A stretch of DNA of 64,000 bases. Origin: Nemertoderma westbladi. Lineage: Eukaryota > Animalia > Xenacoelomorpha. The position numbers were made by a program, and so were the translations under genes. The notes beneath the pieces are model-generated. The model was given only the letters and a program-made list of their open reading frames with translations, was not told the DNA's origin and did no database searches. Below, piece after piece: positions 10,971 to 24,580 of the stretch. The stretch lies in the NCBI GenBank assembly GCA_032718475.1, contig JAUCBJ010007430.1, positions 61,880 through 125,879 on the forward strand. The letters run 5' to 3'. Within the stretch, counting starts at the first letter, position 1; every line of letters begins with the position of its first letter.

Positions 10971-13900
10971 TGATGTTCCGAAACGGAATGTTAGGATTCG
11001 GACAGCACAACGGACGCGAGCACGTCGACCACCGTATCCAGATGACAGTAGTACTTCGAGTGAATCAGATTACCCGAAACGTGAGGTATTTAGAACAGGA
11101 GCGGCCGACGAATATAAACGTGAGCGTTCAGATAACTCCTTTATCGATAATGCTCCACAAAATACACCAACACAAAAGGCGTTACAACCAACAGACGCAA
11201 TTAGTACGCAACAACTCGCCGAAATAATGCGCCCAGTTGTAGACAAGTTGGCCCAGATAGAGGAACGTTTAGAAGAAACTCAAACTGATAGTTCGCGAGG
11301 TAACGAGTTCGAACACTCTAGACACCCGAAGCAGCAAAGAAAACAACCCTCGAGAAACACTTCGTATCAAGGAAAAGCGCCAAGACGAGAGAACATCAAC
11401 TCGATTGCCAATCAAGGACGCGAAACTTTGAACGTGGCCGAGGAGATAGCGAAATTCGCAGCGAGACAAGGTTTACCGGTACAACAACCACCGAAGTTTT
11501 CAGGTAACTCGAAACATTGGCACACCTTTGTGGACTACATCGAAACACAAATAGCAGCGTGCGCCTTTACATCGAGGGAGAAATTCAACTACCTGCTACA
11601 AACGCTGACGGGAGAACCGAAACGTCTAGCGGAAACCTTTGTCGGTGTACCAGATGCCTTCGAACTAGCGTATGATCGCTTAACTTCGATTTATGGAGGC
11701 ACGGTGAGTATGGCTAAGTCAGTGATAGAAGAACTCTGTAAAGGGGGGGGGCTATAACAAAACCCGTTGACTTACTAAAATTAGCTGACGAGATTATGAA
11801 CGCCATTACTACACTACGCTCGATTGGACAACTTGACTACGCGAACACTCCGACAGTTCTATTAAAAATAATAGGAAGATTACACCATCGACTTCGTCGG
11901 GAGTGGCGAAAGGTAGAATATCAGCGAGAAGAGAGAGGCGGATTCTTGAAGTTGGAAGACGTCTACTTACTGATATCCAGAGAGGCAGTCGTTGAGACGC
12001 GTTCGAACTACACGGACCAACATATCGTGGCGGAGGGAATAACATTACCATCCTCGAACTGACAAAAACCCCAAACAACATCCACCAAGACGGTTACTTA
12101 TGCCACATCGACCGACACCCGACAATTTTCGGACAATAATAAGGTATCCGCACCAATTGGAACCAAACAGATCCGACAGCAACTGACCACAGATTTTAGC
12201 GGTTGCCAATATTGTGAACGGCTAGGTAAACGACATACTAGCCATAAACTGAGAGGTTGTCGACTATTCCGCGAATTGAACTCGGAGGAACGACGATTAC
12301 AAATACGACCATTGGACTCTTGTTGGCGGTGTATGCTACATGGACATGTCCGTAAGGACTGCCCAAATACAGACACTTGTCCTTCTTGTGGACGCAACCA
12401 CGACGGCTTGCTACATACAGACAGTCATACGCCGACCTAACGCTTCACCAGGGAACACCCGGAAGCTGCAGCAAGATGCAACACAGCATATAAGGGTCGA
12501 GAGTCGAATACAACACCGACATTCGTGACGCACATTAGAGATTGCTTCTCGGAACAATCAGGATCGTCAGATGAAGAGTCGGAAGACGAAGACGTTTACT
12601 TTGATACTGGAGACGAACAACCATCGATTGCGCTTCTGACGCCTGATCAACTAAAGGGGTTTAGTATAATTCCTGTCAAGATTACTGGCACAAAAGGGAG
12701 CAAGAGGATCTACGCTATCCTGGATTCAGCCTCATCTCATAGCTACGTGGATGAGAAAGTAGCTGATGTTGTCACGGATCTTAGACAAGGTAAGAACGTC
12801 AGTTACACCGTAAGTAGTATGCATGGACAATGTGCAATACCAGTGACACGAGTTAAGTTGAACTTAGACACTCTTCTTCCGAAATCGCAACATAGCGAAA
12901 AGGAGAGGTCTTTGTTACCCTTTAAGGATTTAACCTTTGCGGCCACAAAGGACTTTAGTAACCTACTAGGTCCTGTAGAACAATCTCTAGAGGACCATAA
13001 GTACTTCAGACACCTTGGTGTACCTAAATGTCCTGTCAATTATAGGTCGGTAGCAATGCTGATCGGGACAGATCAATTCAACCTACATCAAGTGTGGGAA
13101 ACCAGACCATAGAAAGTCGTAGCGGGAAACGCATACGCCTGTAGAACGCCGATAGGGTGGTATACTCGAGCGCCTGTGCGCACACTAGATATAAGTGACG
13201 AGGAAGAAGATGTACAAAGTACATGTAGTTTATTAACTACAACTTCGACTCATTCCTTTTCACACGACCGAGACTATACTACACAAGCGTCGACAAAACA
13301 CGACAACATGACAAGTACGACGTGTGTAGCTAATACGATAAGTCACAAGGAGCAGCTAATCCACCAGGTGAGTTTAGAACTTGGGGAGAAGACGAGTCAG
13401 CCAGAGATTCCATCGACGACAGATGATAACGCCGGAAGGCTTGCGAGTCTACCTACACCAATAACCTCAACAATGCCCGTCGATATCGATGACGACGCGT
13501 TAAGAAATCATCAAGTGGAACAAGCTGCATTGGACAAAGAATTAACGGAGAAGACTATCAGGTGGTTAGAACAAGATACAGCCGAACCTGGTAGCTACAA
13601 ACCATGTATGTCGGAACAAGAGAAACAATCTTTGAAGATCATGGAAGATACTATCCGCCAGACGAAAGACGGACATTATGAGGTGGGATGCTATGGCGTA
13701 ACCAACGTCCTAAACTTATAAATAACTATCCGCTAGCCTTAAGACGTTTACACTCGATACGACAACGTCTATTAAAGGACGAGAAAGCCCATCTGCAGTA
13801 TAATACTCAGATGGAGACGTATTTGACCAAAGGATACGCTATCCGAATGACTAACCCAGAGATAGTGACTGACCAGACATACTACTTGCCACATCACTAC

Positions 13901-15488
13901 GTGAGACACCCCGACAAACCAGACAAAGTACGTGTAGTCAATGACTGTGCGGCTCTGTTTGAGGGAATGTCCCTCAATAGTGAGTTAATGGATGGACCAA
14001 ACATGAATAATTATCTTATGGGGGTGATTATGCGCTTCCGTCAGCGTCAAGTAGCCTTTACTTGTGATGTCGAAGCTATGTTTCACCAAGTGAGAGCGTT
14101 AGAGCAAGATAGAGACAGTTTGAGGTTCCTCTGGTATCCGGAAGGAGACTTAAGTCTACCACCGGCGACTTACCAAATGCAAGTTCGCGTTTTCGGTGCC
14201 AGGGACAGCCCAAACTGTACGATGTACGCCCTAAAACAAGCCGCTAGGGATCAGAAACATATATATGACCCAGAGATAATTAAGATCGTAGAACGTGACT
14301 TTTACGTAGACGACGGCTTACAGAGTTGTGACACAGTAGAACGTGCTATAACAGTAGCACATCAATTACGGGACTGCTTAGCGGGCGGAGGTTTTAACCT
14401 CACCAAATTCGCCTCAAACAGTGCCGAATTGGTAGACTCATTCGGAACGACTGAGCGTGGAGGTGGTGACATTGACCTAGAGTTCGAACCACTACCGACG
14501 ACCAAGGTGTTAGGGCTCTTTTGGGACCCAAACACGGACAACTTTCGAGTGAAGGTGAGACTGGACACTCAAGAAAACACTCTGACAAAGAGATCCTGCT
14601 TGTCAAAATTGAGTCGATTGTTCGATCCATTAGGATTCATCAGTCCAATATTACTGCAAGCCAGAATTTATATGCGCAGTATTTGGAAGGATGGACTGAC
14701 ATGGGACGAGCCGATCTCATCAGAACAAGTGGACTTATGGAAAACCTGGGAGGCAGAATTATCTTCGCTAGAGGATCATTCCATACCCAGAGTGTACTTT
14801 CCATTACAAACGACGTTTCCTGACAACCTGGAATTACATTGTTTCTCCGACGCCAGTGACAACGGCTTTGGTGTGGCAGCATACTTGCGCAGACAAGTAG
14901 ACTCAGACGAGTTTGATGTTTCGCTCATTACTTCTAAGGCTAAAACAATGCCTACTAAGTATATGATGACACCACGAGCTGAGCTACAAGCCGCAACCCT
15001 GTCAACCACAATCGTGAACCTTATACAGACGGAACTACAGTCAAGTTTACAGATATTTTATTGGACTGACGCGACGTTGGTTTTATTTTACATAAACAAC
15101 GACACACTTGAATTCAAGACATTCGTAGCTAACCGTCGCGCAGAAATTCTAGACCGTTCAATAAAGGAAGATTGGCGACATTGTCCCGGACCACAAAACC
15201 CAGCCGATATTGCGTCACGAGGAATGATGCCTGAGGAATTCTGTAAACCGGAAAACAAAGAATTTTGGCAGCACGGACCACAGTTCTTGCAGGGATCAAC
15301 ACTACATTGGCCGCCACTATACGACAACAAGTCTAACACTATCCCTAAAGACGCGGAAATCAAAAATCCAAAGAAAGGGAAAGCAAAGAAAAGGACGGCG
15401 GCTAAACTCAAGAAAAAACCAAAGGCGAAATGGAAAGATATAACTTCCAAAGTCAAGAACGGAAGACTTGCGAGCCTTTCTACACCAA

Positions 15489-15890
15489 ACATATCGCCAG
15501 ACATATCGCCAGACATATCGCCAGACATATCGCCAAACGATCAACCAGACGCGTTACTAGACGGTCAACCAGACGTTTTGCCAGACATGTCACTAGATAT
15601 TTCGCCGGATGTTCCGCGAAACATTTTACCAGACATGTCACAAAATGTTCTACCAGACACTAGTAACATATTGACAAATAATAAAGCCGCAGTTTCTCTA
15701 TTGGAGCGGCCTTCTATCGACAAACAACCAGATACGTTACCAGACGTATCGCCAGACACGTTACTAGACGGCCAACCAAACATTTTACCAGACATGTCAC
15801 AAAATGTTCTACCAGACACTAGTAACATATTGACAAATAGTAAAGCCGCAGTTTCTCTATTGGAGCGGCCTTGTATTGACAAACTACCAA
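15489..15890 (+). repeat. Repetitive in-frame linker between RNase H and integrase (12-bp ATATCGCCAGAC x4 plus a longer duplicated block)
   Basis: ISPD repeats and duplicated NILPDMSQNVLPDTSNILTN.KAAVSLLERP. Confidence 0.85.
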
Positions 15891-18448
15891 ATTTGACACA
15901 CTTGAGCAACAATAAGCACAGTGAAACCTCATGTATTACAGATGTGGGTAGTACCTACGCTAATGTAAATACAGGTGTTACTTTGTGCTCAAGAGACATA
16001 CCAAACTTGCAACCTATGGTGAGACCCGGGATTAATAACGGCAGAAAAATAAGTTTACCGAAACCCACTGACCCCATAGAGTTCAAACCACCATTAACGA
16101 TCGACTTACAAAGTACCGACAATTAAGGTAAGAAAACAAAGAAGGACAAATTACTTGTAGACCCGGACGGATTAACAGTCAACAAGGGAATACCTACCGG
16201 CGGACCCGTGGGCCCTTCTAGTAAATCAAAACCTTCCAAATTCTCCATTGACTTACCTGATGACGTCACAAATACTTACGTCGACCGCATTGTAAACCTA
16301 ACAGATTCTTGGACAAACGCTTGCCGAAAATTAGCGTGGATTGTACGTTTTGTACAATACGTTAAAGGCAAACGCGACTTTACACGTCGACTTACATTGA
16401 CTGAGATTGACAGGTGTGAAATTAAATTAATTCGCCATTACCAACTGCGATATTTCGCACGCGAATTCACATCTATAAATCAAGGTCAACCAATCAAGTC
16501 GTCACCAATATTGAGTTGGAGTCCGATAATTTATAATGGCTTAATTTGTCATAAATCTCGGCTTCAAAACATTGACTTTAACACAAACTTTAGATACCCA
16601 ATAATAATACCGCAGCATCACGAATTACAACGTGCAATGATACTGGACGCACATTTACATCTGAAACACGCTGGAAGACACCACTGTCTTTCCTACTTAC
16701 GTACAAGATTTGTATTAATTAGACCCAGTAAAGCGTTAAGTTCAGTGACACGTACATGTATTATTTGTAAAAAGGTACACTCTAGAATAGGTAACCAAGA
16801 AATGAGTGGACTTCCACAAGCACGACTTCAAGCATTCAGACCACCTTTTACAGAGACTGGAATTGATTGCTTTGGTCCCATACATACGAAACGTGGACGT
16901 ATACTAGTAAAACGCTGGGGACTGATTTTCACATGTATGTCCAGTAGGGCAGTTCATATTGAACGTGTGATGGATCTTTCCACCAACGCGTTTATACTAC
17001 CATTGCGGCGATTTATCGCTAGACGCGGACTAGTGAAATGCTTGTACTCAGACCAAGGGACAAACTTTGTTGGTGCTCGAAATGAGATTGCTAGAGCCTT
17101 TAAGAAATTAGATCATGATCAAATCTCAAACGAACTACGTCCTTACAAGATTGTTTGGAAGTTTAATCCTCCAGATAGTCCATGGAGAGGCGGAGTCTGG
17201 GAGAGATTGATTAGATCTATAAAAACAGCCATGGCAAAAGTAATTCCAGTAAACCACATTTTGACAGACGACCAACTGACAACACTGTTTGTTGAAATCG
17301 AGGCAATACTAAATACTAGACCAATAGTATTAGTACCCGATGACAAACAATCCCAGTTTGCTTTAACACCGGCACACCTGCTTATGCAGGCACCGACTAC
17401 TTTGACGCCTATTTCTTTTCCAACAGAAAGCGACAGCTACGGTAGAAAAGCGTGGAAAATCACGCAACTACTAGCTAACAAATTCTGGGAAATATGGCAA
17501 AACCATTATTTGCCCTCTATTTCTGCCAGAACAACTTGGTACAATAACACCCGCGCATTAAAGCCGGGAGATCACGTGCTGTTAGCAGAAGTGAATCTAA
17601 AAAGACGCTTCTGGATAACAGGTGTAATTTTAGACACACATCCATCTATGGATGGAGTAACAAGAACTGTGACGGTACGGACAATTGACGGTCGTACAGT
17701 AGACAGACCGACTCAACGTCTCGTACTTCTTGAAGAGACTCGTAACGAGTCTGGAGACTACAAATCTCCAACTAATGTTAGTAAATAATTAGGAGTTTAC
17801 AAATAGATTTCCACGTACCTGTACACTATAGTAAAGACAGCGGTAGAATTCCATTGTCTTTATATGTGAACATTGAGGGTAGTACCCTTATGTGTCACAT
17901 AGGAGCGGGATTTGTAGGAATAAGAAATGGAATTCTACTTGGAACTCACAATATTGAGACATTTTCGAAATTTTAGACAATCCATTTGGATTTGAAAAAT
18001 TTTTAAAATTTTCTCCAGTGAATAGATTTCAGGGTACAGTCGGGTGGAACTTAAAATTAGAGAAACAAGAGAGGAAGACTTGCGAGCCTTTCTTAAAATT
18101 TAATTAAATTTTACACGGTCTTGTTTCAATAAGTTACGTCAAAAAATAGACTTCCCTATATTTATTACTAATACTTGACTGCTTATTTTCTGATAATAGT
18201 TTGGGATCAAAAAGTGAGTATTTTAGACTCACAGCCAGTTTAGCCCAAATTCGTTTTTATTTCGGCAAAAAATTTTAGATAAGAAGCAGCGTTCATTAAA
18301 GAAACCCTAGATCTTAGGCTATGGGTAGGAGGTTAGAGCGTTGTCGAGCCAAAAGGGCAGACGAAAACTCTCACATCTCCTCACAACTAACTACAAACTC
18401 TGTTGTATTCCCTCTAGTAGTAATGATTATGTAACTACACCTCTAATT

Positions 18449-21400
18449 ATGGAGAAGGAGATACATGGAGAGCCGAGATGGGGATATGATATCCAAGAGG
18501 AAGCAGCAGCGCCATTCGAAAGATTTGGAGCCAAAGACTACACTATATTTGGTATAAAAGAATTATCAGAAAGTACTGCGAAACTCGCGAGAACTAAATA
18601 TGACTCGAATGTATTAAAGAGAAGGCAAAACGCATTAAATGAAAGAATCGAAAGTTTGCGCAAAACCTTCAATGAACTTTACCCGTGCGACGCTTTGTGT
18701 GATACGGGAGACATTAGCGAAGACCCCGATACTGAAATTAGTCGTTTGTATCATACCATGCAATACCTAAAGGCGCACGAACCTATGCCTGCGGTACGAG
18801 ATGAATTCGATGGAATGCACCTTTACTGACGAACTCGAGGGGACGATAGAGAAACCAAGGAAGCATTTTCAGTTTATAAACTTTATTATCAATGCGGTTC
18901 TTGTATGTGCGAACAACGGAATGCGATTCCAATGCGTTTGAATAAGGAAAATCCCGAACCGATATTGGCGAGGTGTTCGAACCATCAACAACTACGCTAC
19001 CAGGAAGGAGGGTATCCTTTATCAAATCCATATCATTCGTTTGCTATGACTGGACCAAAGGCGGGAGAAACTGTCGTTTACCCACCTAAGGTTGTTGAAC
19101 CCTTGAACTTACGCTGGACAAGGCGAATCAGTCAACCCGCGAAAAGAAAGAAGCTCTTAGCCTATACAGAGCCTACAAGGCTTTCGAGAAAGGTGAGATG
19201 GAAGAAGATTTGGATAGAGATAGAGAAGATTTGGCAACCTTCGGAAGAATTGTTGGACGAATGGAATAGAACGTTTAGATCGTTTCAGGAAAATGGTTAC
19301 ATGTTTTACGATAACGAGGGCGGCAGTCATCAACAGAGTTTGACTTCTAAGACTATACAAATCAGAGCGGCGGACGGAGTCTTGCACGTTTTCAGTAGAC
19401 AGAGGAGCGACAAACGAATGCCGATACCTCCAGCAAATACAAAGCGACACCATCTCATCACTGACATAGTAAAGAAGATGGACCAAGATTGTAATATCGA
19501 CCCTAGAATGCTACCGAAGATGGTAAGAAATATGATTTTAGATAAAACTGTTGTAAAGATTGGATCAGGAGTAAGGGAGGACTTAATTAGCGACTTCGCC
19601 GGCATGACGGACAGCGATGACCGACTACCGACACCTTACGTCAACACTCGACCCCTTATCTTGTGGTCTATAGAACAGGAATATTTTCGTGAGTATAATA
19701 CTCAGAAGACTGGAACTGGATACATTTCCTACCTGTTATTCAATTGGGATTATAAGGAAAGTAAGAGCGCTAAGTATATTGAGACTTATGGAGAAGGTGA
19801 TACTCCAGATATGAGTGAGTTTGAATCACAGCTCAAATGGAGAGGATGCGTGTATTGGGCTATTACGTCACCTCCAAGAGCGGTCCTACAATATTATTTA
19901 GCAATAGAGTCGTCAGTGAATGTTTGCTTAATCGCCGACATTGTGTCTCGGACTCTCAAAAGACATCCACTTTGTCTCGGAGAAGATCATACGTTCTACA
20001 TGGAAGGGAGAATTCATACCGACGTGTTTAGACGATTTCTTGAACCCTTCTACAACTCCGACGCTCAGTGTAATGCCTTTACTCGAGCAGGATTTAGTAT
20101 ATTTCGAGACGTGTATCTTCGCTGTGCGGGATCTCTTATCGAAAGGCCATCTATGTTTACATTGTTACTCTATGAAGGAGAACGTATCGTGGAGATTACG
20201 GATGAATCACGGCAGACGCGCGCGCCTATCGGTCACCTTGGTGATGATTTCGAAGTAACTACTACGATCACTGACGATCCTTTAGAGGAACTTCTTGAGA
20301 TAGAAAGGAACCTCCCGAAGAAATCTCAGACAGAGATTCGACAACTTGAAGCAACAGATGCTGTAGTTTGTATACAACCTTCAGAAACCTACCAACCCAT
20401 AGATCCAGATGATTATGATTATAGTGTGGGAGGAAGCGCTCGACCAATTGGAGATCTTATATATGAACGAGTGTGGTACCCTGCCAATACGATGTGTGGT
20501 AAATGTGGCGTCGCTGGACATCATTTGACCAAGTGCAGTGGAAAGCACATTACTACGACTCAACTAATCTGTGGATGGTGTGGAGATCAAGGGTCTCATA
20601 CCTTTTATACTTGCTGGAGATTTATGGCTCAATGTACTTATTGCAATATAAAAGGGCATCGAGCATCTGAATGCCAACTAAGAGACATACCTTATGAACA
20701 CGAATCTGTAAAACTCGTGAGAAAACTATTTGATGAGTGGGAAGATTTAGCCGACGAACACGTATCGGCACAAAGAAGACGATTTCCGATGAGGGCGCAT
20801 CTCGGATTTTGGGCGGTAAATCCCCAAACGATGATGTCGGAAGGATACATCTCCGCTATGCCCCAATATGACGAGCTTATCGGTAGTCGATATTTTGCCT
20901 CACGACAGTGGATTCCGAGTGGTGCACGAGTATCTATTACAGATTCACCCAGACAACAAGAACACGTGGAATTTTCAGAAAGTCGTAAATCGTATCACGT
21001 ATGGTGAATTTGATCGTTTCTGAACTGAAAAGCGGAATAAGGGAGCTTGGTTAACCGTCGCATGGGCATACCGAGCCGCGTTTTACCACAAACGTATACG
21101 AGCGAGCGTATTCGAGGAAGAGGAGATCCTAGAGGCGACAAATATACCAGCCACTCCGGTTGCGCCGTCTGCACGTCACCCTCGGGAGGACGGACAGGGT
21201 AGGATCATAAGGGTCCAGAAAGTTAGCCAACAATTAAAGAAGTCTATTAATATAGAAGAACGCAAGGGAGTTGAGCCGACCATTCGAATTACTCGGGATA
21301 CGGTATCGCTTCCTAGAGAACCAACAGGAGGATCGGGACATACACCAGCTGATCCAAAGGGGGCGCAAGCTACTCTTGGGTCTGCGTCATCCGCTTCCCG

Positions 21401-21623
21401 CGCGTTCCCAGACGTTCTACCAACTGTAGTGACAACTGATCGGTCACGAGGAATCGGACGAGGATTCGGGATACCTAATAGACGAATTTGTGAGGAAACG
21501 GTCGCACCGTCTCTCAACGTCCAAGCGAAACCAGTGACTCGCCCCACGAGTCCCATATCGCGAGCAAAGTCACCTGTGCGCAGTTTTCGAGGACGCGGCA
21601 GGGCTCGATCCACTAAGCGATAA
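18449..21623 (+). pseudogene. ORF2 of element A: putative DnaQ-like 3'-5' exonuclease with CCHC zinc knuckles
   Basis: ATG at 18449; the in-frame TGA at 18827 joins ORFs 18341 and 18905; basic C-terminal tail in a shifted frame to 21623. Motifs FYDNEG, LPKMVRNMILDKTVVKIGSGVREDL, YVNT, QYYLAIES, CGKCGVAGHHLTKC, CTYCNIKGHRASEC. Homologous to ORF2 of family B. Confidence 0.75.
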
Positions 21624-22414
21624 AAGGGAGGGCAAGGGTGGACAGAAGACTCGTGAGCCTTTCTTGTGAATTTGCGATTTATTTGAATTATATGTTTTAT
21701 ATTTAATTAGTAAGTTTTGTATTCTGGAAGAACTCATATTTAGTAAGATTTATATTCAGTAAGAATTTATATTTTGCAAGATTTATATTTTATATTTGTG
21801 TTTATTCCGAACTTATGTAATTTATATTGTTCCGAATACTATGCAATTTATATCTTATAAGCAGTATTTGTATTTACAGTGAAATAGAAAGTAAGAGTAG
21901 ATGGAAGACTCGTGGGCCTTTCTTATAGTTTCATTTGTAAAGTGTTATATTTGTATTTAGAAAGTTTTATAGTTAGAAAGTTTTGTACTTAGAAAGACTC
22001 ATATTTGTAATTATTCCGAACTTATGCAATCTACATTTAGGCACGAAAGTATTTGTAATTATTTGAATTTATGCAATATTTGAGATGCAATAGTAGATGG
22101 AAGACTCGCGAGCCTTTCTTATGATTTTCATTTATTTGTATTTGTAATTGTTTGAACTTATGCAATATTGAGATGCAATAGATTTATATTGGTGAATTTA
22201 ATTTAGATTTATATTGTACTTACTTAGTAAAGCCTTAAATATGTAAAGTTTGAATTTGTAATTATTTTGTATCGAATCATTATGTAGAAAGGAAGCATTG
22301 CTTGAAATTTAATTTGTAAATATGTAAGTACGCCCTAAGTATTCTATAATTTGATTGATTATTGGTGAAAACCGTATATTTTATGCACGACAATATCCTG
22401 TTTTCATGGAGCGG

Positions 22415-23233
22415 TATAGAATTATATTCCCCAAATGCCGTGGATTTTCAAAATTTTTATTTTATTCGAATTAACTTTGCTAAAGATTACATTAAGTCCT
22501 CATTTGTATTTGCTATATCTATTGTACTGTATTGTATTGTATCTATTGTATTGCTTTCTATTGTACGATGATTAGTCAAGTGGTTCAGTAGCTCAGTCGG
22601 TAGAGCGTTGGAAATTATATGTAGTGTGTATTGAGTTCGAATCCTAGTAGGTGCGAATTATTTTTTGTGCAGAATTCCAACTCATTTAAATTGACCGCTA
22701 CAAATTAATTGCATTTGCTCGAAGTAAGATTAACCAATGAGACTGTAGTTATTAGATTGTAACCAATGTCGTACAAGTTATATATTTGCTGGACCAATAG
22801 CTATCTTTAAAAACCTGTTAGAACTCATAGAACAATCGAGAATTTTCTCGATTGATTGCGGCACAAATTTGGTATAAAAAGGTGCGATTTCGTTCATTAG
22901 TTATCTATTCTTCAGTATATCTTTCTTCAGTATATCTTTCTTTCTCAGTTACATTATTTTAGATTACATTGTTTATTGTATAATAGTTATTGTTTGATTT
23001 TGTAATAAAAGTTAGAAATACTTGTCACATCTGCCCTTTTCTATCTGTTTTATCATGCTTCACCACGGTGAACTCAACTGAGGGACAGGATGGCTGGCTA
23101 GACATCGGGCCACAGCAATGAACGGGAACATCAAAGGAATGTAGACAGGAGACAACCCGCAATATCATCTTAGTTATTCGCCCATCGCCTAAAAGGTTAG
23201 ACAGCGTTCGATGCCTTGCTACCTAAGTATAAG
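22415..23233 (+). repeat. 3' LTR of element A, truncated by B insertion
   Basis: Follows PPT-like GGAGCGG (22408-22414); matches 6218-6986 with indels downstream of the TATA box. Confidence 0.9.
22582..22656 (+). promoter_or_regulatory. tRNA-derived Pol III promoter module in the 3' LTR of A
   Basis: Same sequence as 6345-6419. Confidence 0.75.
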
Positions 23234-24502
23234 TGTACGCGCTTTTGAAGACCTTTAGCAGTTTAACCTGCCAAAATTTATATGTCTTTTGGTTTATAAA
23301 TAGACTTTAGAAGATGACAAATATTTAATACCAATAAACACAACATTAGCAGAAGCCAGCCTAGTGCGCGTCCATTCACCCGCTGGATATACCCGGGAGA
23401 CTGGATTCTGAGGGCTTAGATTATTATTGCAGTGTAAGCTTACTGTATTGTATTATTCGATTGATCGTTAATAAATTTCTGACTAATATTATTTACTTTC
23501 GGGAAAATATTAACAGTTCCTTTAGGACGTGGCGCTCTATCTAGGTAAACAGAGATATGACTTATACTAATCACAACGGCAAGTCGGTAAGGCTTATGAT
23601 TCACGTATGAGGCGCATTCTTTAGGAAATGCTTAGTTATCAGTCACAATCATGCACACTACCGGTAACACACAATACTGCCCACTAATTTGCCGACCGTC
23701 AATGATTTTTATCATATATAAAGAGAACAGCAACGGACCAATGTAGTGCTTATCAAATAGCATTAAATTCACTACATACACAATAATATAAGTCGCAATC
23801 GCTATATATAACCCGTCTCTCTAACCTGTAGTGTATCAAGAAAATTGGGAAATTTGGGTTCTTTATAAATGTTCTCCAAATAATATTCAACCAACTAATA
23901 CAAAATATGACAACAGTAAAACATTAAGACGGTAGGTTAAGATATGATATGACAAGTAATGATATGTGATATATGACATAGACTGGACTGATAACAGTTA
24001 TACGCTCTATAATCTTGAGCCTACTAATGTTTCTTCTAAAGTATGAAAACGAATTGATTCTAGAGCCGGTGTTCCTGGCCTAGATACCAACAACACAAAG
24101 TATATCAAGAAAAACAGTAAGACTGAACACTCCTAGTATCATCGGCCGAATATCTACACGTCGACAGAAAAAATCGCTCTGATTGGCTCAAACCAAACAA
24201 AGAACCGTGCGTCCAATGGCTGTTTCCATGCCAGCAACCAGCTGCTAGATGTCGCAATCTGGATCATCAAGGCCAAGCCGTGTAAAGGTATTTGGGGCAT
24301 TGCGGGTTTTTTGCCTTACCATGTCCGCCAAAGCAGGTATATAGACGAATGACTTTTATGTCCGTTAAAACACCTTACGGTACCTTGCGGGCGAGGGGAA
24401 TATATATACAGTTTAGAGAACCTTTTTAGAGTATTCCAGCGCCTGGGGGGAAACTGGATTGCGAAGCAAAGGGGCCAGTTATATCCCACAGAAGCTTTTA
24501 CA
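23234..24502 (-). repeat. 3' LTR of family B (duplicated copy), 1269 bp, TGT...ACA
   Basis: Minus strand TGTAAAAGC...GCGCGTACA, preceded by GGGAGCGG; matches 44582-45852. Confidence 0.93.
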
Positions 24503-24580
24503 CCGCTCCCAGAAAATGGGATTTGAGTCTATAAAATATACAAAATCACAGTTTCTAATATACATAAATACTCTAAACAG

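Larger units (their letters stand above)
8926..17788 (+). pseudogene. gag-pol: gag-pol polyprotein of element A, disrupted
   Basis: Frameshifts at the G8 run (~11750) and at ~13690; in-frame stops at 12060, 12438, 13110 and 16124. Three Gag Zn knuckles at 12200-12420 (CQYC, CWRCMLHGHVRKDC, CPSCGRNHDGLLH), then PR, RT (YVDD), RNase H and integrase motifs. Confidence 0.93.
6218..23233 (+). mobile_element. Bel/Pao LTR retrotransposon family A, full-length but decayed; 3' LTR interrupted by a family B element
   Basis: Order LTR - long 5'UTR - gag-PR-RT-RH-IN - ORF2 - GGAGCGG - LTR. Motifs ILDSAS, FYVDD, CFSDAS, TPRAELQAA, NPADIASRG, GIDCFGP, SDQGTNF, WERLIR. Confidence 0.95.

Noticed and set aside
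11742-11757. Programmed ribosomal frameshift at the end of the 943-aa ORF
   Set aside because: It falls mid-Gag at a G8 homopolymer, the element has several other lesions, and family B uses a single ORF; more likely a mutation or sequencing error.
18449-21623. ORF2 as an env gene
   Set aside because: No signal peptide, transmembrane segment or glycoprotein-like Cys pattern; the motifs point to a nuclease and knuckles.
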